Origin: Idiomarina loihiensis L2TR
GTDB taxonomy: Bacteria > Pseudomonadota > Gammaproteobacteria > Enterobacterales > Alteromonadaceae
Direction of reading: 5' to 3'
Assembly: GCF_000008465.1 (NCBI RefSeq)
Contig: NC_006512.1
Location: 2,610,001 to 2,642,000 of the forward strand
DNA length: 32,000 nt
Positions 9,719 to 20,091 of the stretch are shown one piece after another. The translations under genes were made by a program, and so were the position numbers. The notes under the pieces are model-generated. The model did no database searches. It was not told the DNA's origin and saw only the letters and a list, made by a program, of their open reading frames with translations. Within the stretch, counting starts at the first letter, position 1; every line of letters begins with the position of its first letter.

Positions 9719-10156
9719 ATGATCGGACTCATTCAGCGCGTTAGCCGTGCCAAAGTCACTGTTGCCGATGAACTGGTCGGTTCTATCGGGCCCGGGCTGT
9801 TAATCTTATTAGGTGTTGAACACAAAGACGACGAAGCCAGTGCTGCCAAATTAGCTCAGCGCATAGCCAATTATCGCGTGTTTAGTGACGTTGAAGACAA
9901 AATGAATAATAGTGTTATCGATGCGCAGGGCGAAGTTTTGGTGGTTTCTCAATTCACCTTAGCGGCCGATACTCGTAAAGGACGGCGTCCCAGCTTTTCT
10001 TCAGCGGCAACGCCCGACCAGGCACAGCATTTGTATCAGGTTTTTTGTGAGCAAATGGCTGCGCAAGGCTTGCCGGTAAAAACCGGGCGCTTTGCAGCAG
10101 ATATGCAGGTTGAGTTGGTCAATGACGGCCCGGTCACATTTGAATTGAAGGTATAA
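9719..10156 (+). CDS. dtd: D-aminoacyl-tRNA deacylase
   Basis: 145-aa ORF reading MIGLIQRVS...SQFTL...GRRPSF...NDGPVT. Confidence 0.95.
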   Translation: MIGLIQRVSRAKVTVADELVGSIGPGLLILLGVEHKDDEASAAKLAQRIANYRVFSDVEDKMNNSVIDAQGEVLVVSQFTLAADTRKGRRPSFSSAATPDQAQHLYQVFCEQMAAQGLPVKTGRFAADMQVELVNDGPVTFELKV

Positions 10157-10161
10157 CACCT

Positions 10162-11064
10162 ATGTATCGCGTTATTACTCCGGAAACAGACGAACAACTC
10201 GAGCGTTATTACTACCTTCGCTGGCGGGTTCTGCGCGAGCCTTTTCAACGCCCTTTAGGCTCTGAACAAGACGAATACGATCAAGTTGGTCATCACCGAA
10301 TGGTAGTCAATGAAGCAGAGGAACCCGTTGCGGTTGGCCGGCTTCACTTTAACAGCCCGGAAGAAGCTCAAATACGCTTTATGGCGGTTGCTCCTGAATA
10401 CCGGGGGGAAGGGCATGGGGTCGCTATTATCTACGCTCTTGAGCTTGCTGCGCGCAAAGAAGGCGCAACGCATGTGGTGATCAACTCACGCGACAACACC
10501 ATTGGCTTTTATAAAAAGTGTGGTTACGACGTAGCGGAAGAAGCCGATACCGTAAATAACCCCATGGCAGAACACCATTTACGCAAGTCCTTCACTGAGT
10601 ACAACCGCATTATTTATCGGCCTGAGTGGTGTACCGAGCTACAGAAAACCTGGCAGGAAGACATACCTATTTCCGACGCCATGGGCATTAAAATCCATCA
10701 GTATACCGGTCGCGTATTCGAAACCCGCGCGGTACTCTCGCGAAACATTAATGTGCACGGCACCATGTTTGCCGGCAGCATTTACTCACTGGGTACCTTA
10801 ACCTGCTGGGGATTGCTGCATTTACAGCTGTTAGAGCGGGAACTGGAAGGAGCCGTGGTATTAGGCGATGGTAACATTCACTATCACAAGCCAGTTACCC
10901 AGGAACCCCGGGCAATAGCGCGTTTGAGCGACGTTACCGGTGACTTTTCCGCGTTAAAACAAGGAAAAAATGCGCGTTTAACGATTAAGGCTCAGATACT
11001 GGATGAAGAGCAGCCGGTAGCAGAATTTACCGGCCGCTTTGTGGTTCTGGCAAAACGGGACTAG
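10162..11064 (+). CDS. yiiD: GNAT acetyltransferase fused to a YiiD_C hot-dog thioesterase domain (YiiD/FabY-like)
   Basis: The N-terminal half is a GNAT domain (RFMAVAPEYRGEGHG) and the C-terminal half is a thioesterase-like fold. It follows dtd, as in E. coli yihY-dtd-yiiD. Confidence 0.8.
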   Translation: MYRVITPETDEQLERYYYLRWRVLREPFQRPLGSEQDEYDQVGHHRMVVNEAEEPVAVGRLHFNSPEEAQIRFMAVAPEYRGEGHGVAIIYALELAARKEGATHVVINSRDNTIGFYKKCGYDVAEEADTVNNPMAEHHLRKSFTEYNRIIYRPEWCTELQKTWQEDIPISDAMGIKIHQYTGRVFETRAVLSRNINVHGTMFAGSIYSLGTLTCWGLLHLQLLERELEGAVVLGDGNIHYHKPVTQEPRAIARLSDVTGDFSALKQGKNARLTIKAQILDEEQPVAEFTGRFVVLAKRD

Positions 11065-11073
11065 CCCGCAGAA

Positions 11074-12609
11074 TTAAACTTCAGACAAAATATGCGGTAG
11101 TTTCACCACTGCCGCCAGCTCACCATTTTGAATCAGGTCACTAGCCGCTTTAATATCCGGCGCGAAGAAGCGGTCTTCAGCATAGTACGCCACTTGCTCA
11201 CGCAAACAGTTAAACGCCGTTTCAACCGCAGCAGCACCTTTCAACGGGCGACGGAAATCCAGTCCTTGTGCGGCTTCTAACCACTCAATCGCAATAATGT
11301 CACTGACGTTTTTAGCGATATCCGTTAACCGACGCGCCGCAAAGGTTGCCATAGACACATGGTCTTCCTGGTTGGCAGACGTTGGCAGACTGTCCACAGA
11401 CGCCGGATGCGCCAGGGTTTTATTCTCTGACGCCAATGCCGCAGCGGTAACTTGTGCCAGCATAAAGCCCGAGTTAACTCCGCCGTCATTGACCAAAAAC
11501 GCCGGTAACTTGCTTAAATGGCTGTCTATGAGCAGGGCACTACGACGCTCTGACAAGGCACCAATTTCGCTGGCAGCAATGGCCAGAATATCGGCTGCCA
11601 TAGCGACAGGCTCTGCGTGGAAGTTACCACCGGAAATAATGTCCTGCTCTTCGCTGAACACCAGTGGGTTGTCAGTAACTCCGTTGGCTTCGCGCACTAA
11701 AATACCCGAGGCATGCTCAATTTGGTCTAACACCGCACCCATTACCTGAGGCTGACAACGCAGAGAATACGGGTCCTGCACTTTTTCGCAATTCTCGTGG
11801 TCTTTAGCAATTTCAGAACTGTCGGTCAGCACGTGACGAAGCATTTCGGCGGCTTTAATCTGCCCCGGTTGGCCGCGTACTGCGTGAACACGTTCATCAA
11901 ACGGCGCACGCGAGCCCATAGCGGCTTCCACAGAAGTCGCACCCACCACAATGGCGGCATGGAAATTACGCTCAATGCGGAACAGTCCGGCTAGAGCTAA
12001 CGCAGTCGATGCTTGAGTGCCGTTCAGTAAAGCCAGACCTTCTTTCGGTGCCAACTCAAACGGCTCAATACCCGCTATTTTCAGACCTTCCTCAGCGTTT
12101 AGCACCTTTCCGTTGTGACGAACCGTACCTTCACCCACTAATGGCAATACCATGTGCGCTAACGGCGCTAAATCACCGGATGCGCCCACAGACCCTTTTT
12201 CCGGAATGCAGGGGTACACTTCGGCGTTCAATAGCTTGATCAGCGCATCAACCAACACTTGCCGTACGCCAGAAAACCCGCGCGACAGAGAGTTAATTTT
12301 CAGTAGCAGCATTAGACGCACAACGGAGTCTTCCATTAAATCGCCGGTTCCCGCAGCGTGCGATAACACAATACGACGCTGGAGATCAGTCAAGCGCTCA
12401 GGTGGAATACGGGTATTCGCCAGCAGCCCAAAACCGGTATTAATACCGTAAACTACTCGCCCTTGCTCAAGTACATCTGCAACGGTTTTCGCCGAAGTCG
12501 CAATGTTGTCCTTAGCTTCATCAGATAGCTTTAGTGTCTGATGCTGATAAAACCAGTCGCGCAGTTCACTTAACTGCAATTGTCCTGGCTGTAATTCAAA
12601 ATGACTCAT
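11074..12609 (-). CDS. hutH: Histidine ammonia-lyase
   Basis: 511-aa ORF with the MIO-forming motif [12 protein letters not shown]. Confidence 0.95.
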   Translation of the reverse strand: MSHFELQPGQLQLSELRDWFYQHQTLKLSDEAKDNIATSAKTVADVLEQGRVVYGINTGFGLLANTRIPPERLTDLQRRIVLSHAAGTGDLMEDSVVRLMLLLKINSLSRGFSGVRQVLVDALIKLLNAEVYPCIPEKGSVGASGDLAPLAHMVLPLVGEGTVRHNGKVLNAEEGLKIAGIEPFELAPKEGLALLNGTQASTALALAGLFRIERNFHAAIVVGATSVEAAMGSRAPFDERVHAVRGQPGQIKAAEMLRHVLTDSSEIAKDHENCEKVQDPYSLRCQPQVMGAVLDQIEHASGILVREANGVTDNPLVFSEEQDIISGGNFHAEPVAMAADILAIAASEIGALSERRSALLIDSHLSKLPAFLVNDGGVNSGFMLAQVTAAALASENKTLAHPASVDSLPTSANQEDHVSMATFAARRLTDIAKNVSDIIAIEWLEAAQGLDFRRPLKGAAAVETAFNCLREQVAYYAEDRFFAPDIKAASDLIQNGELAAVVKLPHILSEV

Positions 12610-12618
12610 GCAACCTCC

Positions 12619-14295
12619 TTACTTCGTATCCAGCATAGGTAAATCAAGCCCTTGTTCACGGGCGCAGTTTTTCGCAATATCGTATCCGGCATCAGCGTGG
12701 CGCATAACGCCCGTACCCGGGTCGTTCCACAGCACCCGGCCTAACCGCTTGTCAGCTTCTTCGGTACCGTCGGCTACAATCACCACACCGGCGTGCTGTG
12801 AGTAACCCATGCCAACGCCACCACCGTGGTGCAGGCTGACCCAGGTCGCGCCGCCTGCTGTATTCAGCAAAGCATTCAGCAGAGGCCAGTCCGATACCGC
12901 GTCAGATCCGTCCTGCATCGCTTCGGTTTCACGGTTAGGGCTGGCAACTGAGCCAGAATCCAAGTGGTCACGGCCGATAACAACCGGCGCTTTCAGCTCG
13001 CCGCTTTTAACCATGTCGTTAAACGCGCGGGCAATGCGGGCCCGGTCTTTAAGGCCAATCCAGCAAATACGTGACGGCAGGCCCTGGAAGCTAATGCGTT
13101 CTTTAGCCATGTCCAGCCAGTTGTGTAAGTGCTCGTTATCCGGAATCAGCTCTTTCACTTTCTCGTCGGTTTTGTAGATGTCTTCCGGGTCACCCGAAAG
13201 CGCAACCCAACGGAATGGGCCAATACCTTCACAGAACAGCGGACGAATATAAGCCGGCACAAAGCCCGGGAAGTCAAAGGCGTTATCAACACCTACGTCT
13301 TTGGCCATCTGGCGAATGTTGTTACCGTAATCCAGTACTGCCGCGCCTTCTTTCTGGAAGTGCAACATAGCGCGCACCTGCACCGCCATAGATTCTTTCG
13401 CAGCATTTACCGTACCAGTGGCATCGCTTTCCTGCTTCGCTTTGTATTCTTCCAGTGTCCAACCCTGTGGCAAATAACCATGCAGAGGGTCGTGGGCTGA
13501 GGTCTGGTCAGTCACTACGTCCGGCGTCACGCCTTGCTGCTGCAATTCCGAATAAACGTCAGCGGCATTACCCAGTAAGCCCACTGAAATGGCTTCGCCT
13601 TTTGCCATCGCATCATTAATCAGTTTTAACGCATCGTCTAAGTTAGTAGCTTTATGGTCCACATAGCCGGTACGCAGGCGAAAATCGATACGTGACTCGT
13701 CACATTCAACAGCCAACATACAAAAACCGGCCATGGTTGCCGCTAATGGCTGAGCTCCACCCATGCCACCAAGGCCACCAGTAAGTACCCACTTACCTTT
13801 TGCGTCACCGTTAAAGTGTTGACGCGAAACCGAACCAAAGGTTTCGTAAGTGCCCTGCACAATGCCTTGTGAACCAATGTAAATCCAGGAGCCTGCGGTC
13901 ATCTGGCCGTACATCATCAGACCTTTTTTATCGAGCTCGTTAAAGTGTTCCCAGTTTGCCCATTCAGGCACCAGGTTAGAGTTTGCAATCAGCACGCGCG
14001 GCGCGTTTTCATGGGTAGGAAATACACCTACCGGCTTACCGGATTGAATCAACAGCGATTCGTCTGGTTTTAAACGCTCTAAGGTTTCAATAATTTTGTC
14101 ATAGCATTCCCAACTGCGCGCTGCACGACCAATGCCGCCGTAAACAACCAGCGCCTGTGGGTGTTCCGCCACTTCATCATCCAGATTGTTCATCAGCATC
14201 CGCTTTGCAGCTTCCACCTGCCAGTTGCAGGTGGTTAGCTCGGTTCCATGAGGGGCGCTAATTTTGCGGCTTTTATCCAAACGGGTGAATGACAT
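12619..14295 (-). CDS. hutU: Urocanate hydratase
   Basis: 558-aa ORF, highly conserved urocanase sequence ([22 protein letters not shown]). Confidence 0.97.
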   Translation of the reverse strand: MSFTRLDKSRKISAPHGTELTTCNWQVEAAKRMLMNNLDDEVAEHPQALVVYGGIGRAARSWECYDKIIETLERLKPDESLLIQSGKPVGVFPTHENAPRVLIANSNLVPEWANWEHFNELDKKGLMMYGQMTAGSWIYIGSQGIVQGTYETFGSVSRQHFNGDAKGKWVLTGGLGGMGGAQPLAATMAGFCMLAVECDESRIDFRLRTGYVDHKATNLDDALKLINDAMAKGEAISVGLLGNAADVYSELQQQGVTPDVVTDQTSAHDPLHGYLPQGWTLEEYKAKQESDATGTVNAAKESMAVQVRAMLHFQKEGAAVLDYGNNIRQMAKDVGVDNAFDFPGFVPAYIRPLFCEGIGPFRWVALSGDPEDIYKTDEKVKELIPDNEHLHNWLDMAKERISFQGLPSRICWIGLKDRARIARAFNDMVKSGELKAPVVIGRDHLDSGSVASPNRETEAMQDGSDAVSDWPLLNALLNTAGGATWVSLHHGGGVGMGYSQHAGVVIVADGTEEADKRLGRVLWNDPGTGVMRHADAGYDIAKNCAREQGLDLPMLDTK

Positions 14296-14298
14296 GAC

Positions 14299-15000
14299 TT
14301 ACTCCTTAAAGGTTAAATGGCCGCCTAACTTAAAGCGGGAGCCCGGATGGGTCAGCGTGGCGAAAGTCACCACGCCACCTGAGCTCCAGGTGCGGCGCAA
14401 AATTCTGAGACAAGGTTCGTGACGGTCGATACTTAAGTATTGGCAGAGAGTATTGACCGGCAGAATAGCTTCAATTTGATGACTGGCTTCGGTGAGCGGA
14501 CTAACCACACACAAATATTCGTGCGGGGTTACCTTGCTGTAGTCCTGCTTAAGATAATCGGGAACCAGTTTGGGGTTAACAAAACGTTCTTCCAGCTGCA
14601 CCGGCAAGTCATTTTCATAGTGAGTGATTAGCGAATGAAATACCGGGCTCCCTTCTTCCAGCTCCAGCGCTTCAGCTACCTGAGTCGAGGCGGGTTGTTC
14701 TTTCAGCATATGCACTTTGGCGCGGTAATCGTGGCCACGTGAACGCACTTCATCGGCAATATTGCGAATGGCCATGAACGAGGTTTGCGATTTAATTGGC
14801 GCAACGTAGGTACCAGAGCCCTGAGTCCGAATGACCAGCCCCTCATCGGCCAGTTCCTGTAGCGCGCGTCTTGCCGTCATTCGACTGACAGAAAACTGCG
14901 CCGACAAGGCATTTTCTGAACTGACAGGGTGGTTTTCAGGCCACTCACCGGATTCTATCTTCAGATAAATATGCTGTTTTATCTTTGAGAACTTGTTCAT
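14299..15000 (-). CDS. hutC: Histidine-utilisation repressor, GntR/HutC family
   Basis: It has an N-terminal winged HTH (SENALSAQFSVSRMTARRALQEL) and a UTRA C-domain. It is first in a hutC-hutU-hutH unit with 3- and 9-nt gaps. Confidence 0.9.
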   Translation of the reverse strand: MNKFSKIKQHIYLKIESGEWPENHPVSSENALSAQFSVSRMTARRALQELADEGLVIRTQGSGTYVAPIKSQTSFMAIRNIADEVRSRGHDYRAKVHMLKEQPASTQVAEALELEEGSPVFHSLITHYENDLPVQLEERFVNPKLVPDYLKQDYSKVTPHEYLCVVSPLTEASHQIEAILPVNTLCQYLSIDRHEPCLRILRRTWSSGGVVTFATLTHPGSRFKLGGHLTFKE

Positions 15001-15065
15001 CCCGACCCCAACATGTAAATGACATGATTCGATGTTTTTGAGGCTAAAAGTCTAGTTCAGAATAA

Positions 15066-15077
15066 TTGTATATACAA
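15066..15077. promoter_or_regulatory. Candidate HutC operator, perfect 12-bp palindrome TTGTATATACAA
   Basis: It contains TGTA-N2-TACA, the dyad described for HutC operators in Pseudomonas. It lies in the 123-bp divergent hutC/hutI intergenic region. Confidence 0.6.
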
Positions 15078-15123
15078 GCAGATTTTGCTACTCTTTTATC
15101 AGAACCAACCTTAAAGGACTGTT

Positions 15124-16350
15124 ATGCAACGCATAGAAAATATCAACGCAGCGACAATGACTGATGATAAGGGTTATGGCCTTATCCAGGACGCTACAGT
15201 CATTATTAATAAGGGCAAAATTGAATTTGTGGGTGCCGCTTTTGACGCCCCCGCCACCCCGACTGCAGAAGTCATTGACGGTAACGGTGGTCTGCTGACT
15301 CCCGGGTTAATTGATTGCCACACTCACCTGGTATGGGCCGGATCCCGCGCTAACGAATTCGCGCAACGCCTGCATGGCGCCAGCTATCAGGAAATTGCTG
15401 AGCAGGGCGGCGGTATCAAAAGTACGGTTAAAGCCACCCGCGAGGCCTCCGCAGAAGAGTTACTGACACTGGCGTTAGAGCGCGCAGAAACGCTCATGTC
15501 ACAAGGAGTTACCACCATAGAAGTGAAGTCCGGTTACGGCTTGGATCTGGAAAATGAGCGCAAACAATTAACCGTAGCGCGTCAGTTAGCCGAACAGTTA
15601 CCAGTGAACATTAAAACCACTTTGCTGGCGGCACACGCAGTGCCACCTGAGTTCAAGGATAACGCCGACGGCTATATTGAAGAAATTATTCAAAACATTT
15701 TACCGACGCTGGCTAATGAAGGCCTGGTCGACGCGGTTGATGCCTTTTGTGAAAGTATTGGGTTTAGCCCGGCACAAACCGAAAAAGTATTTAAAACGGC
15801 AAAAGACTTAGAACTGCCAATTAAGCTTCACGCCGAGCAAATCACCAACCAGAAAGGTGCCAAGCTGGCCGCGGATTATCAGGCATTATCGGCTGATCAT
15901 CTTGAGCAATTGGATGAAGAAGGTGTTAAGGCCATGGCCGAAAATGGCACGGTGGCGGTGTTATTGCCCGGCGCATTTTACTTCCTGCGCGACACGCAAA
16001 AACCGCCAGTTGAGTTACTGCGCAAACACGGTGTTCCCATGGCCATTGCCACCGATGCAAACCCGGGTTCATCACCGATTCATAACTTACCGTTAATGCT
16101 GCAAATGGCTGCGACTTTTTTCCACATGACACCGGAAGAGTGTCTGCGGGGCGTTACCGTCAATGCAGCAAAAGCATTAGGCGAAAACCAGCGCGGCGTT
16201 ATTGCAGAAGGCTGTTACGCAGATTTAGCACTATGGAGTTGCAAAGACGCCGCTGAGCTCACGTACCAGTTTGGTGTGAACCCGTTAAAAACCTTATGGT
16301 TTAACGGCGTCGCTCACGACCGTGTAAGTAAGCCGTGGTCAGCTCGCTAA
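15124..16350 (+). CDS. hutI: Imidazolonepropionase
   Basis: 408-aa amidohydrolase with the DCHTHLV metal motif and overall HutI similarity. Confidence 0.95.
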   Translation: MQRIENINAATMTDDKGYGLIQDATVIINKGKIEFVGAAFDAPATPTAEVIDGNGGLLTPGLIDCHTHLVWAGSRANEFAQRLHGASYQEIAEQGGGIKSTVKATREASAEELLTLALERAETLMSQGVTTIEVKSGYGLDLENERKQLTVARQLAEQLPVNIKTTLLAAHAVPPEFKDNADGYIEEIIQNILPTLANEGLVDAVDAFCESIGFSPAQTEKVFKTAKDLELPIKLHAEQITNQKGAKLAADYQALSADHLEQLDEEGVKAMAENGTVAVLLPGAFYFLRDTQKPPVELLRKHGVPMAIATDANPGSSPIHNLPLMLQMAATFFHMTPEECLRGVTVNAAKALGENQRGVIAEGCYADLALWSCKDAAELTYQFGVNPLKTLWFNGVAHDRVSKPWSAR

Positions 16351-17350
16351 GCAACTGTCCGCATATTTTCATGCCTTCGTCGAAGCCGGTACTGCACAAA
16401 GAAGGAGCGGCTTCGGCAAGGTGTAAATAACGCGCTTCGTTCACCTCTGCTAAGCGCTTAACGTACTGAAAACCCTGCCCCAGACTCAAACCAACATAGT
16501 TTACAGCGCTGGCTGGTACGGCATTTAATGCATCAACATCAACTTCAATACCTAGCGGCCTCTGCCAGGACACGGCTTTTGCTACCACTTCGTCCATCAC
16601 CTCAACAAATGGACGCTCATATAAGCGATGCAGGGTATGATAACGCATGCCAGCGTCTTGCAGCTGACGCAGGCTACTGGCAGAGTTTTTGCCCTGATGC
16701 AAACCAACAATATGGTAAAACTCCAGCGCACCTTCCATATAAGCGTAACTAAAGCCATTGCCGGAGTGGCGGCCTTCGCGCGGACGAAAGTCTGCATGAG
16801 GGTCTAAATTGACCGCACCACAAGCTTCCTCTGTCACTTTATGCAAACTCTTCAGCAGCGGATACGCATTATTGTGACCCCCGCCAATAACAATCACCTC
16901 AAAACCCTGCTCGAATAACGGCGTCAGAATTTTCTCGACGCGGGCATCAACCTGCGCGCAAAGTTCACGTAAAGTGGCCAGATCATGGGCGTCTGTAGCA
17001 TCGAGTTCAGCGGCCTTTTCGTTTAAGTCGTCGCAATTAACCGCTCCAACCAACAACAGTTCGTGCGTAGAAAGTAGCCCCGTTTTTTGCAGGTTTAAGA
17101 AGCTTTTCAAAAAAGCCTGCCAACCGTCATCGGCACCGGCGCGACCAAGGTTGGCTCGCACACCGATACTCTCGGGAATACCGACTAATGCTACACGCTG
17201 GCCGTCTTCCCAGGCTGCCGCCAGGCTTTCTTCGTAAGTGCCTTGTTCAGAGAGCCCCCGAATGGCCTGGCCAATTTTCGTTTCCTGTTCACGTACCGTG
17301 ACCCATTTTGCCGGGTCGGTCAGTTCTAAGTAAGAGATGTCACTCATCAT
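16301..17350 (-). CDS. hutG: Formimidoylglutamase (arginase/ureohydrolase family)
   Basis: It has ureohydrolase motifs [16 protein letters not shown] and EVDVDAL, and sits in hut context. Confidence 0.85.
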   Translation of the reverse strand: MMSDISYLELTDPAKWVTVREQETKIGQAIRGLSEQGTYEESLAAAWEDGQRVALVGIPESIGVRANLGRAGADDGWQAFLKSFLNLQKTGLLSTHELLLVGAVNCDDLNEKAAELDATDAHDLATLRELCAQVDARVEKILTPLFEQGFEVIVIGGGHNNAYPLLKSLHKVTEEACGAVNLDPHADFRPREGRHSGNGFSYAYMEGALEFYHIVGLHQGKNSASSLRQLQDAGMRYHTLHRLYERPFVEVMDEVVAKAVSWQRPLGIEVDVDALNAVPASAVNYVGLSLGQGFQYVKRLAEVNEARYLHLAEAAPSLCSTGFDEGMKICGQLLSELTTAYLHGRERRR

Positions 17351-17832
17351 TCAATATCTAATGGTTCCGGAGACAAGATAACGCCAGTAGTATCGATATA
17401 AAGGTGGTCTTCCGGCAAAAAGGTTACGCCACCAAAGTTTACCGGCACATTCAGTTCACCTACGCCTTCGCTAATAGCGCCAACCGGAATAGAAGCAACG
17501 CCCAGAATCCCAATATCCAGCTCTTCCAGCGCGTCAACTTCGCGCACGGCGCCATAACAGACAATGCCTTCCCAGTCGTTATCCATGGCTTGCTCAGCAA
17601 TGGCTGCATCAACCAGAGCGCGGCGCGATGAACCACCACCATCAATCAATAGAATCTTACCACCACCGTCGGCAGCAATGGTTTCCTCAATAAGCCCTTT
17701 ATCTTCGTGGCACTTGATAATAACCAAACTTCCGCCAAAAGAGCTGCGGCCTCCGTAAGACTCAAACATGGGTTCAACCACATCGACCATATCGGGGTAT
17801 AAATCGCAAAGTTCTGAAGTGTTGTATTCCAT
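17347..17832 (-). CDS. rraA: RraA, regulator of RNase E activity (RraA/MenG family)
   Basis: From [23 protein letters not shown] the ORF aligns end to end with E. coli RraA (MKYDTSELCDIY...). I trimmed the ORF-track start (17901) to the homologous ATG at 17832. Confidence 0.9.
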   Translation of the reverse strand: MEYNTSELCDLYPDMVDVVEPMFESYGGRSSFGGSLVIIKCHEDKGLIEETIAADGGGKILLIDGGGSSRRALVDAAIAEQAMDNDWEGIVCYGAVREVDALEELDIGILGVASIPVGAISEGVGELNVPVNFGGVTFLPEDHLYIDTTGVILSPEPLDIE

Positions 17833-17992
17833 GATTGTATTCCTGACGTTGCTATAGCAGTAGCTGGCAGTATACCTGCTATCCGGTGCGGACAAAAGCA
17901 ACCTGATAGCGGCAACGAAACCCTTGAATTATAGGATAAAAACCCGTTTAATCTAACTAACCATAATAATAATAAAGTGAATTGCTATTTTC

Positions 17993-20065
17993 ATGCCCCA
18001 GCTTGACCTCATGACCAGTCTGGCTATAGAGACCTTTGCGCATTCAATACAGGCAGTTTTTCTGCTCGGATTTGCCGCTTTACTGATGTATTACCATAGA
18101 TACTATCAGCGCGATTATCTAGGCTACTGGGCTTTCGCCTGCTGTGCATTTGGTCCCGGAGAAATCATCAGAGCCTTTCTGGCCGGTAGCGCCATGATCG
18201 CGCCTGAGTCTGCGCTTAGCTGGTCCAGTGGTTTACAGGGGGTTGCTTTAACCTGCCAGTACCTCGCCATTTCTTTTATTGCCCTGGGTGCCTCTTGCGC
18301 CGCTTTTAATAAAAAACCACAAAACTACTGGCAATACATAGCTTATGCGGCATCTTTGCTGGGCGGCATTATTTCATACTTTTGGCTGGAACCAACCATC
18401 AGCTACGCTGGTAGCACGCCCAATGCCGGGTTTATGAGGTTTCTGGTCACAGGTTCAGTCTTAGTGGCGGTCAGCTTGTTTATGTGGCGCAAATTAGGGA
18501 GCGGTCTCGGCCCTAAACTGGTATCCGGTGGCTTTTTCAGCATTGGTTTTAAAAACTTTATTGTACTCGGTGCTATTTTCTTCTTGCCCGGCAACGCCAT
18601 TGACTGGATCCTCAGCTTTCAGGCACTGTTCACCGTTATCCTCATTGCAGCTGTCATTGTCGGTATAATTATTTGGCTACTGGAATCTGAACGCAATACT
18701 GCCGTGCGCGCCATTCAAAGAGCCGAGTATCTGCATACCCATGACGCACTGACCGGAGTCTCTAACCGTGATCAGCTAGTCAGTAAAATTCCTTTATTCA
18801 TCGAGTATTGCCGCAGTAATAACCGCCAGTTAACCATTATGCTTATTGGCGTCAGTCGCTTTAAAGTGGTTAACGAAAACATTGGTATTCGCGGTGGTGA
18901 CCAGGTGTTAAAAGAAATTGCCCGACGCCTGCAGAACTTTCGCAAACAGCCCCTGGCGGTATCCCGTATCAGCGGCGATGTCTTTGCTATTGCCTTTGAT
19001 CATTTAAAAAGTCGCAGTCTTATAAAAGATTTAGCTGCAGAACTTCAGGACACACTGAGTAAGCCCATTGAAGTGGGTGAAAAAACGTTGAATATTGCCG
19101 CTGGTATTGGCATTTCCCGCTACCCTCAGCACGGCAGTCGCTCAGAAGTTCTGCTGAACAAAGCAACCATTGCGCTGACTCAGGCAAAGCAGTCACACCA
19201 GCCCAGTGTTACCGTTTATGAGCGGGGCATGGATGAGATGTACTCTTACCTGGTTGATATGGAGCCAATTTTGCGACGCGCGATGCGGGAAAATGAGTTC
19301 ACCCTGTATCTTCAGCCGCAGTTTGATTTTGACCATCAACAGCTTTGCGGCTTTGAAGCCCTGATCCGCTGGCAACATCCTGATCGCGGCCTACTGAGTC
19401 CAGCAGAGTTTCTGCCATATATCGAGCAATTGGGGCTTTCCACCGAACTGGATGACTGGGTGCTGAACCACGCGGCGGCTATCCTTGCCTCCTGGAAACA
19501 AAAGTTTGGTCTCTGCTGGCCCATAGCGGTGAATTTATCCGCGCCGCAATTTCAGCATTTTCAATTAATCGAAAAAATGCAGCAACTACTGGAAGACTAC
19601 AGTATTTCACCTGAATGGCTGGAGCTTGAGATTACCGAAAACGTAGCTATGTCAGATTTACACAACGGCATGAGTGTTATCCAGCGGTTGCGGGAAATGG
19701 GTTTTGGCATTTCTATTGATGACTTTGGTACCGGCCATTCTTCACTGGCTTACCTTCGCTCATTACCTATTAACAAAATTAAAATAGACCGCAGCTTTGT
19801 CAGCGAACTGCAGCAAAATAATAACGATGTCACCATTTTAAAAGCTATGATCCGTTTGTCTCACGGTCTGGGTAAACGCGTTATTGCCGAAGGCATTGAA
19901 ACCGAAGAGCAACAGGACATGTTGCAAAAGCTGGGTTGCGACATGATGCAGGGCTACTTCTATTCACCACCAATGCGTCTGCAATTTGCCGAGCAGTTTA
20001 TTGAACGCCAAATTCAGGGCGACAAAAAGCCGTTGCCACCCGGAGAGTTTGCAACGGCTTTCTAG
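17993..20065 (+). CDS. Membrane-bound signalling protein: ~7-8 TM N-terminal domain, degenerate GGDEF (SGDVF) and intact EAL phosphodiesterase domain
   Basis: The GGDEF position reads RISGDVFAI. The EAL motifs FEALIRW, ELEITE, DDFGTGHSS, KIDRSF, EGIETEEQ and QGYFYSPP are all present. Confidence 0.9.
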   Translation: MPQLDLMTSLAIETFAHSIQAVFLLGFAALLMYYHRYYQRDYLGYWAFACCAFGPGEIIRAFLAGSAMIAPESALSWSSGLQGVALTCQYLAISFIALGASCAAFNKKPQNYWQYIAYAASLLGGIISYFWLEPTISYAGSTPNAGFMRFLVTGSVLVAVSLFMWRKLGSGLGPKLVSGGFFSIGFKNFIVLGAIFFLPGNAIDWILSFQALFTVILIAAVIVGIIIWLLESERNTAVRAIQRAEYLHTHDALTGVSNRDQLVSKIPLFIEYCRSNNRQLTIMLIGVSRFKVVNENIGIRGGDQVLKEIARRLQNFRKQPLAVSRISGDVFAIAFDHLKSRSLIKDLAAELQDTLSKPIEVGEKTLNIAAGIGISRYPQHGSRSEVLLNKATIALTQAKQSHQPSVTVYERGMDEMYSYLVDMEPILRRAMRENEFTLYLQPQFDFDHQQLCGFEALIRWQHPDRGLLSPAEFLPYIEQLGLSTELDDWVLNHAAAILASWKQKFGLCWPIAVNLSAPQFQHFQLIEKMQQLLEDYSISPEWLELEITENVAMSDLHNGMSVIQRLREMGFGISIDDFGTGHSSLAYLRSLPINKIKIDRSFVSELQQNNNDVTILKAMIRLSHGLGKRVIAEGIETEEQQDMLQKLGCDMMQGYFYSPPMRLQFAEQFIERQIQGDKKPLPPGEFATAF

Positions 20066-20091
20066 CTCTACAATTTCTGCAGAGTTTTTTT
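20066..20091 (+). terminator. Probable intrinsic terminator of the GGDEF/EAL gene, overlapping the hslU stop
   Basis: An imperfect stem CTCTACA/TGCAGAG (one mismatch) is followed by TTTTTTT at 20085-20091. Confidence 0.45.

Noticed and set aside
17833-17901. N-terminal 23-aa extension of the rraA ORF
   Set aside because: E. coli RraA aligns from the internal [10 protein letters not shown] start, and the extension has no homology.
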